Positions 1 to 13,127 of a stretch of 64,000 bases of DNA are shown one piece after another (position 1 is the first letter of the stretch; each line of letters opens with the position of its first letter). The DNA is from Macrostomum lignano (Eukaryota), in the NCBI GenBank assembly GCA_002269645.1, contig NIVC01000641.1, positions 118,912 to 182,911 on the forward strand, given 5' to 3'. The notes under the pieces are model-generated. The model ran no database searches, had not been told where the DNA came from, and saw only the letters and a program-made list of their open reading frames with translations. A program made the translations under genes and the position numbers.

Positions 1-79
1 TAGTAAATAAAATACTGGAATTGGGGTTCTGGAAAAATGTGCCTATCGCACAGTTCTCTAACGTCACAAACCGCTGCAG

Positions 80-1394
80 CTTCTGAAGAAGGTCGTCACC
101 GAACGGTTAGGCTACGGCCCGCGCGATGTTGACGCAGTGAAGTCGCACTCGTTCTTCGCCTCAGTAAACTGGGAGCACGTCATCAATAGGCGAACTGAAC
201 CGCCTTTTAGGCCGGACTCACTACTGGTAAGCAAGCTGTTCTACCGCATGAGTAGTTGATAAGATTATTATGCTATTTTTTATTTAACTTTCTAAAAAGA
301 CTCCCCAAATCTCCCCGAACGGCCTGCGCAGACCAGCGAGACCGATGTGAGCCTGTTTGATCCGAAATTCACTCGCGAAAATCCAGTTGAATCCCCGGCC
401 GAAGATTCCGTGCTGTCGGCCTCGCTGTCTGATGCTTTCCAGGTGAGTGTGAAAGATAATTGCTGTTTTTATTGCCAATTTGTAGGCTTTTGGAATTTTT
501 CAGGCCGTTTTTGCTTAGAAATTCCTTCATGTAAACATTTTTTCGATACATATCGGCTCTAGAACTTGCCAATCTACTCAACGCAAAGTTAATTTTCGAT
601 ACATATCGGCTCAAAAAATTTTTGCTAATCTACTCAATGCAAAGTTAATTTTCGATACATATCGGCTTAAAAACTGTCAATCTACTCAATGCAAAGTTTA
701 TTTTCGATACATATCGGCTCAAAAACTTTGCCAATCTACTCAACGCAAAGTTAATTATCGATATATATCGGCTAAAAAACTTTGCTAATCTACTCAATGC
801 AAAGTTAATTTTCGATACATATCGGCTCAAAAACTTTGTTAATCTACTCAACGCAGTTTATGTTCGATATATATCGGCAAAAAACTTTGCCAATCTACTC
901 AACGCAAAGTTAATTATCGATACATATCGGGTCAAAAAACTTGCCAATCTACTTAATGCAATTTTTTTTACATATCAGATTAAAAAAACTTTGCCTGTCT
1001 ACTTAATACAAAGTTTGTTTTCGATACATATCGGTATATAAAACCACTTTGAGTGAGCAAGAATTTTGAGAAGAAATTGATTTTCGATACATATCGTCTT
1101 GTTCAACATCGCCAGGGCTTTACCTACGTGGCGCCAGCCGTGCTAGACTCGGTCTACCGGGACACCGATTCAGCAGCAGGCGCCTCGGCGTCGGCGCGGC
1201 GTGCCCGTCGATTCTCCGGCGGCGGCGCAGGCGCCAGCGGCTGGGCAGGCCGACGCCAGGCCACGCTGGACAGCTGCGGTGGCGGCGCCGACGATCAGCA
1301 GTTCGTCTTGGAGGACGACTTCGAAGACATGGACACCGACGAGCCCGCGCCCGCCGCCGCATCGGCAGCCGCCGCCGCGATTGGACCGGCGTGA
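80..1394 (+). CDS. RPS6KB: p70 ribosomal S6 kinase, last three coding exons (80-226, 332-442, 1116-1394); 5' part outside window
   Basis: GT-AG phase-0 joins give LLKKVVTERLGYGPRDVDAVKSHSFFASVNWEHVINRRTEPPFRP...DVSLFDPKFTRENPVESP...AFQ|GFTYVAPAVLDS. This is the AGC-kinase C-tail with turn motif and the S6K hydrophobic motif FxGFTYVAP. Confidence 0.9.
530..1096. repeat. Intronic minisatellite, ~52-56 bp unit (AATCTACTCAACGCAAAGTTAATTTTCGATACATATCGGC core)
   Basis: About 10 degenerate tandem copies filling the S6K intron up to the acceptor. Confidence 0.9.
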
Positions 1395-2589
1395 GTTCGA
1401 ATCCCCGGCCAGGCAACCCTCACCCTCCTCAACTAGTGTGCCATTATTGACTTTGTGCGTGCCCGCTTCCTGTTGTTCAATGCTGAGTTCAATACTAACT
1501 TAAATTATCAGTAGCGCTGCTAAGCCCGTTGAAAATGGTACTGATGACTTTGGAGCGACTCTCTTGACGGAGAGGCGACTGTTGAGTCGCGAGTTTCAGG
1601 ATCGTAAAAAAGTCGTCCAAGAGCTGTTCTAGCGCTGAACTCTGTACTAACTCAAGTAGACTAAATAGAGTTGTTATAAATGCACTTTAGATGCAACTCT
1701 GTGATTCTACAGCGACTCCAGCATGCCTCAGATACGACTCTTTGACAATTTTTTAGCGACTTGTACCGCGACATCTAGTCGTTTTTGAGTCACAGAGTCA
1801 ACTTCTTTCTCTACTTCAAATGTGTAGAGAAGGCTTCTGTTTCGATTTCCTCTCTCTAAGCTGTCGAAATAAGTGACTTGGCTTATCCTGTGCGGCTCAT
1901 TTCTATCAGTCAGGTGCTTCCGCTATCTACCTGTGTGTGTGTACCAGCGTCTCCCGCTGTTCTCCTCCTATCCAGCAGCTCCTAACAATAATTAGGAGCC
2001 GATCTGTAGTCAGTTGATTTTCGAGACCACTTTGAGTTCAAAGCCGGCCTCTTGTTGTCTCCCCATTTTCCCCCAACTTTGATCCCGATGATATCGATAT
2101 ATTACGGTAATAGTTTTCTTATGAAATAATTGTCATTAGGATTTAAAATTAATATTTTTAGCCGCACTGAACTACTCATGCTACTATTTTTTATGAGTAG
2201 CGTGCTGCGTAATGATTTTTTGAATGAAGAATTTGATTTTTCCATCCGCGCTGAAGTCGGTGACGGGAGCTCTGCTAACTGCCGATTCTAATACCAATGA
2301 TTCTAATACTCATCTAGTATATTTATTGAACAATATCATCTCGCTTTTATGCTGTGTTTTGCTTATCTCTCTCTCTTGTCTGTCTGCTCATTCTGGTTTA
2401 TTGTTAGCCTCAGTTTGACATTGCAAATTTGTCTGCGGAAGCTTTTAGCAAGCATATTCTAACTGCCATTTGATGCCCCTATGACAGATGCTTTGTTTTT
2501 CAACTACAGCTTTGCTGCTTCTGATTGGTTTAACTCTTCTGCGAGTTGAAGTCTAAGGCTGTTGAGTGTTTACTGGCTCTTAGATGGGA

Positions 2590-3566
2590 TTGCAGTAGCC
2601 TGTGAGATAGAGGGAGGGTGAGAGGAAGGGAGATGGAGGGTGAGAGACGAAAGGAGATAGAGGGTGAGAGATGGAGGGTGAGAGAGAAAGAGAGATGGAG
2701 GGTGAAAGATGGAGGGTGAAAGATGGAGGGTGAGAGACGGAGGGTGAGAGACGGATGGAGGGAGGGAGATGGAGGGTGAGAGATGAAGGGAGGGAGATGG
2801 AGGGTGAGAGATGAAGGGAGATAGAGGGTGAGAGAGGGAGGAAGATGGAGGAAGATGGAGGGTGAGAGAGGGTGAGAGATGAAGGGAGGGAGATGGAGGG
2901 AGATAGAGGGTGAGAGACGGAGGGTGGGAGATTGAGGATGAGAGATGGAGGGAGGGTGAGAGATGGAGGGAGTGGGAGATATGGAGGGAGATGGAGGATG
3001 AGAGAGGGAGGAAGATGGAGGGTGAGAGAGGGTGAGAGATGAAGGGAGGGAGATGGAGGGAGATAGAGGGTGAGAGACGGAGGGTGCGAGATTGAGGATG
3101 AGAGATGGAGGGAGGGTGAGAGATGGAGGGAGTGGGAGATATGGAGGGAGATGGAGGATGAGAGAGGGAGGAAGATGGAGGGTGAGAGAGGGTGAGAGAT
3201 GAAGGGAGGGAGATGGAGGGAGATAGAGGGTGAGAGACGGAGGGTGGGAGATTGAGGATGAGAGATGGAGGGAGTGGGAGATATGGAGGGAGATAAAGGG
3301 TGAGAGAGGAAGGGAGATGGAGGGTGAGAGATGGAGGGTGAGAGACGGAGGGTGAGAGACGGAGGGTGGGAGATTGAGGATGAGAGATGGAGGGAGTGGG
3401 AGATATGGAGGGAGATGGAGGGTGAGAGACGGAGGGAGGGTGAGAGATGGAGGAAGATGGAGGGTGAGAGAGGGAGGAAGATGGAGGGTGAGAGAGGGAG
3501 GAAGATGGAGGGTGAGAGATGGAGGAAGATGGAGGGTGAGAGATGGAGGAAGATGGAGGGAGGGAA
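2590..3566. repeat. Near-homopurine GA-rich satellite (GAGATGGAGGGT-based higher-order units)
   Basis: About 1 kb of almost only G/A with scattered T on the + strand; the ORFs over it are low-complexity artefacts. Confidence 0.9.
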
Positions 3567-4217
3567 TATGCGGATGCGCTGCCAACCCGAGTCGGGAGAT
3601 GCGTCAGAGATGTTCTCAGTGGATTGGTTGATGCAGCACAGTCGAGTTTTTATCGCAGCTCAAAGAATTCCCCGATATAAATTATCAGCTCTCAGCTTTT
3701 ACTGTTGCTACCCATCGCGTTTTCTATGAGGATTTTTTGTCCCAGCGTTGCCTCGGGAGAGCAATGAGATGAGCTGCAATAACAAATGATCCGAACTGCT
3801 TGCTTGGATTGACAATATTGCCAGCCCAGCCGCCTTGTCAGACTTCATAGGCGTTCTTTTGCTGCGTGTTTTTGCCTGCCAGCCCCTGTACACGCGCCTC
3901 CGATACAATAACTGGCCTGGGCGGTAACAATTTGTTGGCTCTGTTATCTTTTCCACACTTTCTCGTGTACCGGCCTGTCCTGTTGTACTTTCATTTCTAT
4001 TTGTAGTTCATTCGCATTGAATTTGAACGCGTGTCAATATTGGCGAGAATTTATTATTAATAAACTGGCAACTGAACGCGTGGCGCCTCCAAGCTGAGAG
4101 CTCATTTTTGGATAGCTAAAATTGAAGGATTTCTTTCCTAGAAAACTTAACAAATTTGCCGCATCCTTTGTTGGCTTCTTGTCAGCATTTCTGCTCATTT
4201 TCTGATCAAATTCGTAG

Positions 4218-4640
4218 CCAAGGAGACCTAGCTGTCATGGAATCTGGAGTGGCAACTCCTCTCCCCGAGCGCTCATAGCTAAGGAGATCTAGCTGTCATG
4301 CAATCTGGAGTGGCAACTGCTCTCCCCGAGCGCTCATAGCTAAGGAGATCTAGCTGTCATGCAATCTGGAGTGGCAACTCCTCTCCCCGAGCGCTCATAG
4401 CTAAGGAGATCTAGCTGTCATGCAATCTGGAGTGGCAACTCCTCTCCCCGAGCGCTCATAGCTAAGGAGATCTAGCTGTCATGCAATCTGGAGTGGCAAC
4501 TCCTCCTCGATCACTCTTGGCCAAAAAGATCTAGCTGCCATGGAATCTGGAGAGGCAACTCCCCCAGTTTTCATAGACAAGGAGATCTAACTGTCATGCA
4601 ATCTGGAGTGACAACTTCTCTCCTCGAGCTCTCGTAAACA
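4218..4640. repeat. 61-bp tandem repeat (~7 copies)
   Basis: Unit GCTAAGGAGATCTAGCTGTCATGCAATCTGGAGTGGCAACTCCTCTCCCCGAGCGCTCATA; copies start 61 bp apart (4261, 4322). Confidence 0.9.
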
Positions 4641-4875
4641 AGCATACTTGCTCATTATATCGGAGATTGGCGACAGAGAACTTAGTTGCTCGCCGAAGAT
4701 GTTTGCTCAGGTGGATATTTTTCAAGCGGGAAAAAATTCCTCAAAGCTGTTTGAACAGCTGTATGCAGCAAATGAAGGTTAGGTGCTGCTGCATTTCGCT
4801 ACTTGTTGATTTGAATATAAAATTCAGGCACTTCCAATTAGCAAGGAACTATGGGGTAGGCATTGGATTCTTAAA

Positions 4876-6201
4876 ATGTTCACTGTTAGCGTGGTTGCAT
4901 TGCTGCTCCTGCTATGGTCTCCATGGCAACTAGCTGACTCCGGTGGCTGCTCGGGCTTCGAACGAGTCGCCGCCGGAGGCGCGAGCGCCTGCGGTATTCG
5001 GCCTGAGTTCCAGCGCCTGCTGCCAGGCGTCTGCGGCGGCGCTGAGTCTTGCGCCCTGCGCTGCGCCGCCACCGACCGCTGCCAGGCCTTCCAAGCCCTG
5101 CCCGCCTGCCGGTGCCGCCTGTTTGTCTTCGACGCTTGCAGCCACGCCGTCCGCGACCCGACGGCGGCTGCCTGTGGCTCTGATGACCGAGCCGAGATCT
5201 TTGTACGACGGTTGCCTGGAGCGGCGCACGGCAGTCTTTGTCCTGTGGGATACTCTCACTCTCGGTAGGCGACTATTGGGTAGTCTTTGTCCGGTTTAGT
5301 ACTGACTCTTGATTGGCAGTTTTTGTTAAAGGCAGAGGGCTGTGTGCACGACATTGTCACACAACCAGCGAGAGGCATTACTGCCCACTCCGCCGACTCC
5401 CCTGAGCAGGCACACAAGCGCGCGGATACGTACGCAGTCATGCGCACAGGCACACACTCACACAGGAGTGCACAGTAGCCCTAACTTTATTTATCGTTCG
5501 GCATGTACACTTCAGTGTGACTTGAGGGGTTGGCCCTCAATGGCGTTGATTGCACGAGCAGAGCCAAGCCTAGACTCCAATTTAACTCCAAATTAATGTG
5601 ACTGCACTTGGAATCGAGCCTGGGCCGCTGGCACAATACAGCGTCGCGTAAGACCACTGGGCTACAGCCCCCCATCTCTCAGTTGGCAGTCTTTGTATAT
5701 TACATGTAGGACAGAGGCACAATCATTTATAGAGAAAGACCAACCAATCAGTGAGTCTTTGTTTTGTTCGGAAAAATGCCTTAAAAACTGCCTATACACT
5801 CCCCAAACCCCAGCAACGGCAGCTCATACAAGGTGGTGAGCTCCCACACTGCCACCTGGTCCACCGCCAAGGTCGCCTGCGCCGCGGATGGCGGCCTCGG
5901 CAGGCTGGCAGTCATCGGGGACCTCGCCGAGCTGCACTGGCTGATGTCGCTGAGGAAGCCAGGGGTCAATTACCAGCTGGGCGGCTACCAGCTGGCTGCC
6001 AGCGCTGACAAGAAGGCCAACTGGGTCTGGGACGGCTGCGGCGTCTCCATCGACCGTGGCATCTGGGAGCCCAGGCAGCCGGACTCGGGCACCCCCTTCC
6101 AGGGCTGCGCTGCACTGTACAATTACTTTAACAATGGCCTCGACGATTTCTCCTGTGCCAGCAGCACCGGCTACATCTGCGAGTGCCCGACCGTCTTCTA
6201 G
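4876..6201 (+). CDS. Secreted PAN/Apple + C-type lectin protein, 258 aa (exons 4876-5264, 5814-6201)
   Basis: Signal peptide MFTVSVVALLLLLWSP, then a Cys-rich PAN-like domain (CALRCAATDRCQAF). A phase-2 GT-AG join gives CPVGYSHSRNGSSYKVV...TWSTAKVAC...WEPRQPD...CAALY...LDDFSC...YICE (CTL fold with QPD motif). Confidence 0.8.
5480..5673 (-). mobile_element. tRNA-derived SINE in the lectin intron
   Basis: Minus strand reads GGGGGCTGTAGCCCAGTGG (A box) ...GGCTCGATTCC (B box variant); the body motif TGAGGGCCAAC recurs at 27946 and 45460. Confidence 0.6.
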
Positions 6202-6243
6202 CTGCGTCTGCGCCTCCTGCCAGGATCTCCCTACATGCATATT

Positions 6244-6900
6244 CCCATCCCTAGCACCCCTAGATCCCCATCCCTTGCACCCCTAGATCCCCATCCCTAG
6301 CACCCCTATGCTCCCATCCCTAGCACCTCTAGATCCCCATCCCTAGCACCCCTGGCTCCCATCCCTAGCACCTCTAGATCCCCATCCCTAGCACCCCTAG
6401 ATTCCCATCCCTAGCACCCCTAGATCCCCATCCCTAGCACCCCTATATTCCCTTCCCTAGCACCCCTAGATCCCAATCCCTAGCACCCCTAGATCCCCAC
6501 CCCTAGCACCCCTAGATCCCCATCCCTAGCACCCCTAGATCCCCATCCCTAGCACCCCTAGATCCCCATCCCTAGCACCCCTAGACACCCATCCCTAGCA
6601 CCCCTAGATACCCATCCCTAGCACCCCTAGATCCCAATCCCTAGCACCCCTAGATACCCATCCCTAGCACCCCTAGATCCCCATCCCTGGCACCTCTAGA
6701 TCCCCATTCCGAGATCTCTAGATCCCCATTCCTAAGATCTCTAGATCCCCATTCCTAAGATCTCTAGATCCCCATTCCTATGATCTCTAGTTCCTATTCC
6801 TAAGATCTCTAGTTCCCATTCCTAAGATCTTTAGATCCGGCCATTCCTAACACCTATAGATCCCATTCCTAGGACACCTAGATCCCATCATCCCTAGCAC
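6244..6900. repeat. 23-bp minisatellite (CCCTAGCACCCCTAGATCCCCAT) grading into a shorter related unit
   Basis: Tandem copies directly after the lectin stop codon. Confidence 0.9.
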
Positions 6901-7631
6901 CCTGAAATTCCCCATTCGTAGTCCTATTACTTTCTATAAAAATATTTTTTGCAGTTACGAGTTCTCGTATTTACTATTTACATTGACTGAAGCTGTGATT
7001 ATAAACTATATTTTGAAGCCAAAGGCCTGATCACTCTACTGGAATTCTAATGAGTAGCATTAACTGCGTGGCAATGTCAAAATATAATAAGATTTACAAA
7101 AAAGATTTTCCCTGGGAAAAACGACAAAGTCAACCGCAGCTACTTGGTTTTTTCTTCCTTTGTCTCAGAATTTGCAAGGCGGCTCATAATATATTATCAT
7201 TTTCCTGTCAGAGTAGGGGCAGATAAAAACAGAGGCAAACTTTCACTGCAGAGAGCTTTTATGTTTCACATTTGATTTCGGAGGTCCCGCCTCCTGGGCT
7301 TGGAAACACAATGAAGGCTGCTTGTGACTAAGAATGGCGGCCTGATGGAGAGACAGAAAAGTACAAAACAGATGTAAAAATATCCAAATTACAATGCATG
7401 TGTAGAAGGGCACGAGTGATGGCATAGGGATGTGTAATCATATTTATGTAGTGCATTTAATCACTAAAACAGTGTCTTTTCTAAAACATCCAGTAATTTA
7501 AAAATTTATTAGTCTTATTAAGGAACTAATGAGTAATGGTTTTATAACTCAGGTAGATCACATAGAAAGCGGGTGTACTTGTAATTATTTGATTAGATAT
7601 GCTTTGTCTTTGGATTAAGTCTCGAGTTACT

Positions 7632-9425
7632 CAAATCTCACTCTTATCTACTCAAATCCCATTCCTATCTACTCAAATCCCATTCTTATCTACTCAAATC
7701 CCATTCCTATCTACTCAAATCCCATTCTTATCTACTCAAATCCCAATCTTATCTACTCAAATCCCAATTCTTATCTACTCAAATCCCATTCTTATCTACT
7801 CAAATCCCATTCTTATCTACTCAAATCCCACTCTTATCTCCTCAAATCCCAATCTTATCTACTCAAATCCCATTCTTATCTACTCAAATCCCACTCTTAT
7901 CTCCTCAAATCCCAATCTTATCTACTCAAATCCCAATCTTATCTACTCAAATCCCACTCTTATCTCCTCAAATCCCAATCTTATCTACTCAAATCCCAAT
8001 CTTATCTACTCAAATCCCACTCTTATCTCCTCAAATCCCAATCTTATCTACTCAAATCCCAATCTTATCTACTCAAATCCCAATTCTTATCTACTCAAAT
8101 CCCAATCTTATCTACTCAAATCCCAATCTTATCTACTCAAATCCCACTCTTATCTCCTCAAATCCCAATCTTATCTACTCAAATCCCAATCTTATCTACT
8201 CAAATCCCACTCTTATCTCCTCAAATCCCAATCTTATCTACTCAAATCCCATTCTTATCTACTCAAATCCCACTCTTATCTCCTCAAATCCCAATCTTAT
8301 CTACTCAAATCCCAATCTTATCTACTCAAATCCCAATTCTTATCTACTCAAATCCCAATCTTATCTACTCAAATCCCAATCTTATCTACTCAAATCCCAC
8401 TCTTATCTCCTCAAATCCCAATCTTATCTACTCAAATCCCAATCTTATCTACTCAAATCCCACTCTTATCTCCTCAAATCCCAATCTTATCTACTCAAAT
8501 CCCAATCTTATCTACTCAAATCCCACTCTTATCTCCTCAAATCCCAATCTTATCTACTCAAATCCCATTCTTATCTACTCAAATCCCAATCTTATCTACT
8601 CAAATCCCATTCTTATCTACTCAAATCCCATTCTTATCTACTCAAATCCCACTCTTATCTCCTCAAATCCCAATCTTATCTACTCAAATCCCATTCTTAT
8701 CTACTCAAATCCCATTCTTATCTCCTCAAATCCCAATCTTATCTACTCAAATCCCATTCTTATCTACTCAAATCCCAATCTTATCTACTCAAATTCCATT
8801 CTTATCTACTCAAATCCCACTCTTATCTCCTCAAATCCCAATCTTATCTCCTCAAATCCCATTCTTATCTACTCAAATCCCAATCTTATCTACTCAAATC
8901 CCATTCTTATCTACTCAAATCCCAATCTTATCTCCTCAAATCCCAATCTTATCTACTCAAATCCCATTCTTATCTACTCAAATCCCACTCTTATCTCCTC
9001 AAATCCCAATCTTATCTACTCAAATCCCATTCTTATCTACTCAAATCCCAATCTTATCTACTCAAATCCCAATCTTATCTACTCAAATCCCATTCCTATC
9101 TACTCAAATCCCATTCTTATCTACTCAAATCCCAATCTTATCTACTCAAATCCCAATTCTTATCTACTCAAATCCCAATCTTATCTACTCAAATCCCATT
9201 CTTATCTACTCAAATCCCATTCTTATCTACTCAAATCCCAATTCTTATCTACTCAAATCCCATTCTTATCTACTCAAATCCCATTCCTATCTACTCAAAT
9301 CCCATTCCTATCTACTCAAATCCCAATTCTTATCTAGTTAAATCCCAATCTTATCCACTCAAGTATCGATCTTATCTACTCAAATACCGATTTTATCTAC
9401 TCAGATATCGATCTTACTAGCTATC
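7632..9425. repeat. 21-bp minisatellite (CTACTCAAATCCCATTCTTAT), ~1.8 kb
   Basis: Tandem array; the 580-aa ORF (STQIPFL heptads) is a by-product of the repeat. Confidence 0.95.
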
Positions 9426-9463
9426 TACTCGTCAACTCAGCTCTGAGTTCGCTGACTCAGGCC

Positions 9464-12249
9464 TCACACATTACAGGGTATGTCAGTCGGGTAGCCCATG
9501 TAGAAGATGTTCCACAGCACGGCAAAGATCATGTAGACAACCAGCAGGCCGATGGCCACCCAGAACAGCACCATCTCCCATGGCTTCTTGTCCAGGTTGC
9601 GCAGGCAGGGGATGCCAACCAGGATGCCGCACAGCAGGCCGGCCGCGTGGGCGGTGAGGGACACCGAGTTCTCCAGGCTGGCCAGCGTGTACCGTCTGGA
9701 TGGGAGTCATAGGTATACTCATACCCTTCAGTCATATCATGCAGTCATGAGGGTCATAGATTCTCAGTCTGCTATCAGTCAGTCATACAGGTCATAGATT
9801 CTCAGTCTACAATCAGTCATACAGGTCATAGATTCTCAGTCTCCAATCAGTCATGCAGGTCATAGATTCTCAGTCTACAATCAGTCATACAGGTCATAGA
9901 TTCTCAGTCTACAATCAGTCATACAGGTCATAGATCTCAGTCTACAATCAGTCATACAGGTCATAGATTCTCAGTCTCCAATCAGTCATGCAGGTCATAG
10001 ATTCTCAGTCTACAATCAGTCATGCAGGTCATAGATTCTCAGTCTACAATCAGTCATACAGGTCATAGATTCTCAGTCTACAATCAGTCATACAGGTCAT
10101 AGATCTCAGTCTACAATCAGTCATGCAGGTCTTAGATTCTCAGTCTCCAATCAGTCATACAGGTCATAGATTCTCAGTCTACAATCAGTCATGCAGGTCA
10201 TAGATTCTCAGTCTCCAATCAGTCATACAGGTCATAGATTCTCAATCTCTAATCGGTCAAGCAGGTCATAGATTCTCAGTCTACAATCAGTCATACAGGT
10301 CATAGATTCTCAGTCTACAATCAGTCATACAGGTCATAGATTCTCAGTCTACAATCAGTCATACAGGTCATAAATTCTCAGTCTCCAATCAGTCATGCAG
10401 GTCATAGATTCTCAGTCTACAATCAGTCATGCAGGTCATATATTCTCAGTCTCCAATCAGTCATACAGGTCATAGATTCTCAGTCTACAATCAGTCATAC
10501 AGGTCATAGATTCTCAGTCTCCAATCAGTCATGCAGGTTATAGATTCTCAGTCTCCAATCAGTCATACAGGTCATAGATTCTCAATCTCTAATCGGTCAA
10601 GCAGGTCATAGATTCTCAGTCTACAATCAGTCATGCAGGTCATAGATTCTCAGTCTACAATCAGTCATGCAGGTCATAGATTCTCAATCTACAATCAGTC
10701 ATGCAGGTCATAGATTCTCAATCTACAATCAGTCATACAGGTCATAGATTCTCAGTCTACAATCAATCATACAGGTCATAGATTCTCAGTCTACAATCAG
10801 TCATACAGGTCATAGATTCTCAATCTACAATCAGTCATACAGGTCATAGATTCTCAATCTACAATCAGTCATACAGGTCATAGATTCTCAGTCTACAATC
10901 AGTCATACAGGTCATAGATTCTCAATCTACAATCAGTCATACAGGTCATAGATTCTCAATCTACAATCAGTCATACAGGTCATACAAAACTCAGTAATCA
11001 AGCGCAGGTGCCCCGCAGCTGACCTGTACAGCGCGACTCCAAAGTCCAGAGCAACAAGCAGCGTGAGCAGCAGCAGGCGGAACAGCCCGCTAGAGAAGAT
11101 CTTCAGTGGATTCTTGCGCCAGCTCTGCCAGCCCTCCTGCAGCTCCTCCCAGTTCATGATGACCAGGCCGTAGTGGGCTCCGATCAGCGCGTAGACACCA
11201 CCGGAGGCGCCCAGCAGGGTGACGGCAGGTTCGGCCACAGACGAAAGCAGAGAGCCGGCCAGGACGCCCGCCAAGAAGATGGGCGCCACCCGCCAGGCCT
11301 TGTGAACCAGCTCGAGTGGAATGCCGAGCAGCAGGGTCAGCGCCGAGTTGAACACGATGTGGTGCCAGCCAACGTGCAGCAGCATGTAGGTGAGGAATCG
11401 CCACACCTGGAAGATCCCGGAGTTTTCATGCTTCTACAGACTACTTACAGTAGAGAGTATAAAATATCACCTGTCCGCTCAGGATCTAGGATCTTGATCT
11501 TAAACTTCCGGTTTATGAAGCAACACCCTGTCCTATTTTTTCGGACACTCTCGGACGTAAAAAAATCGGACAAACCTCCTGCCGCCTGGCCGGACAGAAG
11601 CACAGCGGGCTGTAGTAGGGCACCCGCCAGTCCAGGTGACGCGGTTCCACTCGGGCCCGCGGTTCAGCTCGGCCAGGTACACCAGGAAAGTCACCCAGAT
11701 GCCAACCAGGACGAGAGGCACAAAGACTGGCGGCGGCCGGCAGTCGTAGAACTCCAGGTAGGCCTCGCCCGGCACCGGCTCCCCGGCCGCCTGGTTGTCC
11801 TCGCGCACCTGGCGCTCTTTGCGCGCCGCTGCCGGCGCTGCGCGGCGAACCAGGCCGTTGAGAAAGCGCCGACCCTGAGACACCTCGCGCCGCTGCCGGT
11901 AAGTCATGAAGCTGAAGAACTCCGACCAGGAGACCCGTCCGTCCTTGTTGGCGTCGATCCTCGACATCAGGTCGGCCAGCTTCCGGTTGCGCAGCAGGTC
12001 CTGCCGGGCGAACAGCTCCAGGAAAGTCCGGTTGGGCATCCCGCCTGCGGCAGAGTAGGGCGCGAACACCGCCTGGTAGGTGGCCGTCAGCCAGGCCCTG
12101 TACTCGTCCTCGTTGGCCAGAGTTGTCGGGGGAGGCTGCGCCTGCGGCGTCTGGTGCAGCCGGCTCGGGTGCCGCTCCGCGCCCGACGACGGTTCGGCGA
12201 AGTAGCCGGCGTTGACGTAAGCAGCTTGCCTGGGGCCGGAGCTGTGCAT
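9464..12249 (-). CDS. RHBDL: EF-hand secretase-type rhomboid protease (RHBDL2/3-like); exons 12249-11576, 11406-11024, 9695-9464; 1-nt frameshift near 11623
   Basis: EF-hand DANKDGRVSWSEF; YDCRPPP; RRQE|VWRFLTYMLLHVGWHHIVFN; catalytic GASGG Ser and AHAAG His. Splice phases are consistent only after restoring one G in GGCGGG[G]TGCCC. Confidence 0.85.
9725..10985. repeat. 34-bp intronic minisatellite (CAGGTCATAGATTCTCAGTCTACAATCAGTCATA)
   Basis: Fills almost all of rhomboid intron 2. Confidence 0.95.
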
Positions 12250-13127
12250 GGCTGTCGGGTTCCGCAGATCCGGGCTGAGGTGAAGAGGCAGCTCCCTGGT
12301 TCTATAGGAGCGGCTCTGGCTGGGAACAGGGAGAGAGGGGTGTGAGGGGTGGGCAGGGCGCCCAACCTGCACAGATTGGTTTTCGCCCGCGGGTGACCCG
12401 GTGCAGTTTCTGTCCTTGCTCCCCTCCTGGACTTCCCTTTCCCCTCCAATTCTCAGTTCTCGACTGCGACCTCCCCCCTCCTCAGTTTGTGTCTCCTCTT
12501 TTTATTTTTTGTTCACCTTGCGTGACTCAGGAATAAGTAGAGGGCGCGGTGGCGCTAGGGCTGGGGCAGGCGCGCCAGACTTGAAGACAGTGAATGAGCT
12601 GCATTAAGGCTGCAGGCTTGTGGAAGTGTCGGCATCAGCTAAGTGTACACCTCGGCTCATTCAGACCCCCCACAGTACAGCCATTTTCCACAGTACACTT
12701 GGTTGCAATGCCTCTGCAGTACGGTAGCTGGGGAGGAGAGACGGGCGAGAAGGGATTTGATTTTGCTCAGGGACTTCATTCCGCTTCCACTCTGAGCCAG
12801 TGGCTTTTGTTTATTTGAGCTCAAACACAGTTAAAATGAATTCCAGACAGGTATCTTGTGTCTTAGTTGCCGTCGTCCGACACAACTATTGAAATGCTTG
12901 CAATTATAAACGCGAATTGTGGTCGCTAGGTGTTTGACGTGCAGTCAATCATGCAGGTAATTAAGGATTAAATATGCAAAAATTTCTCTCTCAGCCTCGC
13001 TACTTTTAGTAGGGACCAGAGTAAATTATATTTCAATAGAATGGAATTTTTACAAGACACTCGAAGGTCGAAGCAAAAGTGTGCAAGAATGAAATACTTT
13101 GCGTGGCATATTCAGAAACTTGGCTTG

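Noticed and set aside
4218-4640. Possible CRISPR-like array (also considered for the other regular repeats)
   Set aside because: Units are contiguous with no unique spacers, no cas genes are present, and the context is eukaryotic.
7599-9341. 580-aa ORF and other long ORFs over repeats (2530-3585, 14911-16211, 17724-18311, 50471-51184)
   Set aside because: These are translations of mini- or microsatellites lacking stops by unit composition; there is no Kozak, splice or domain support.
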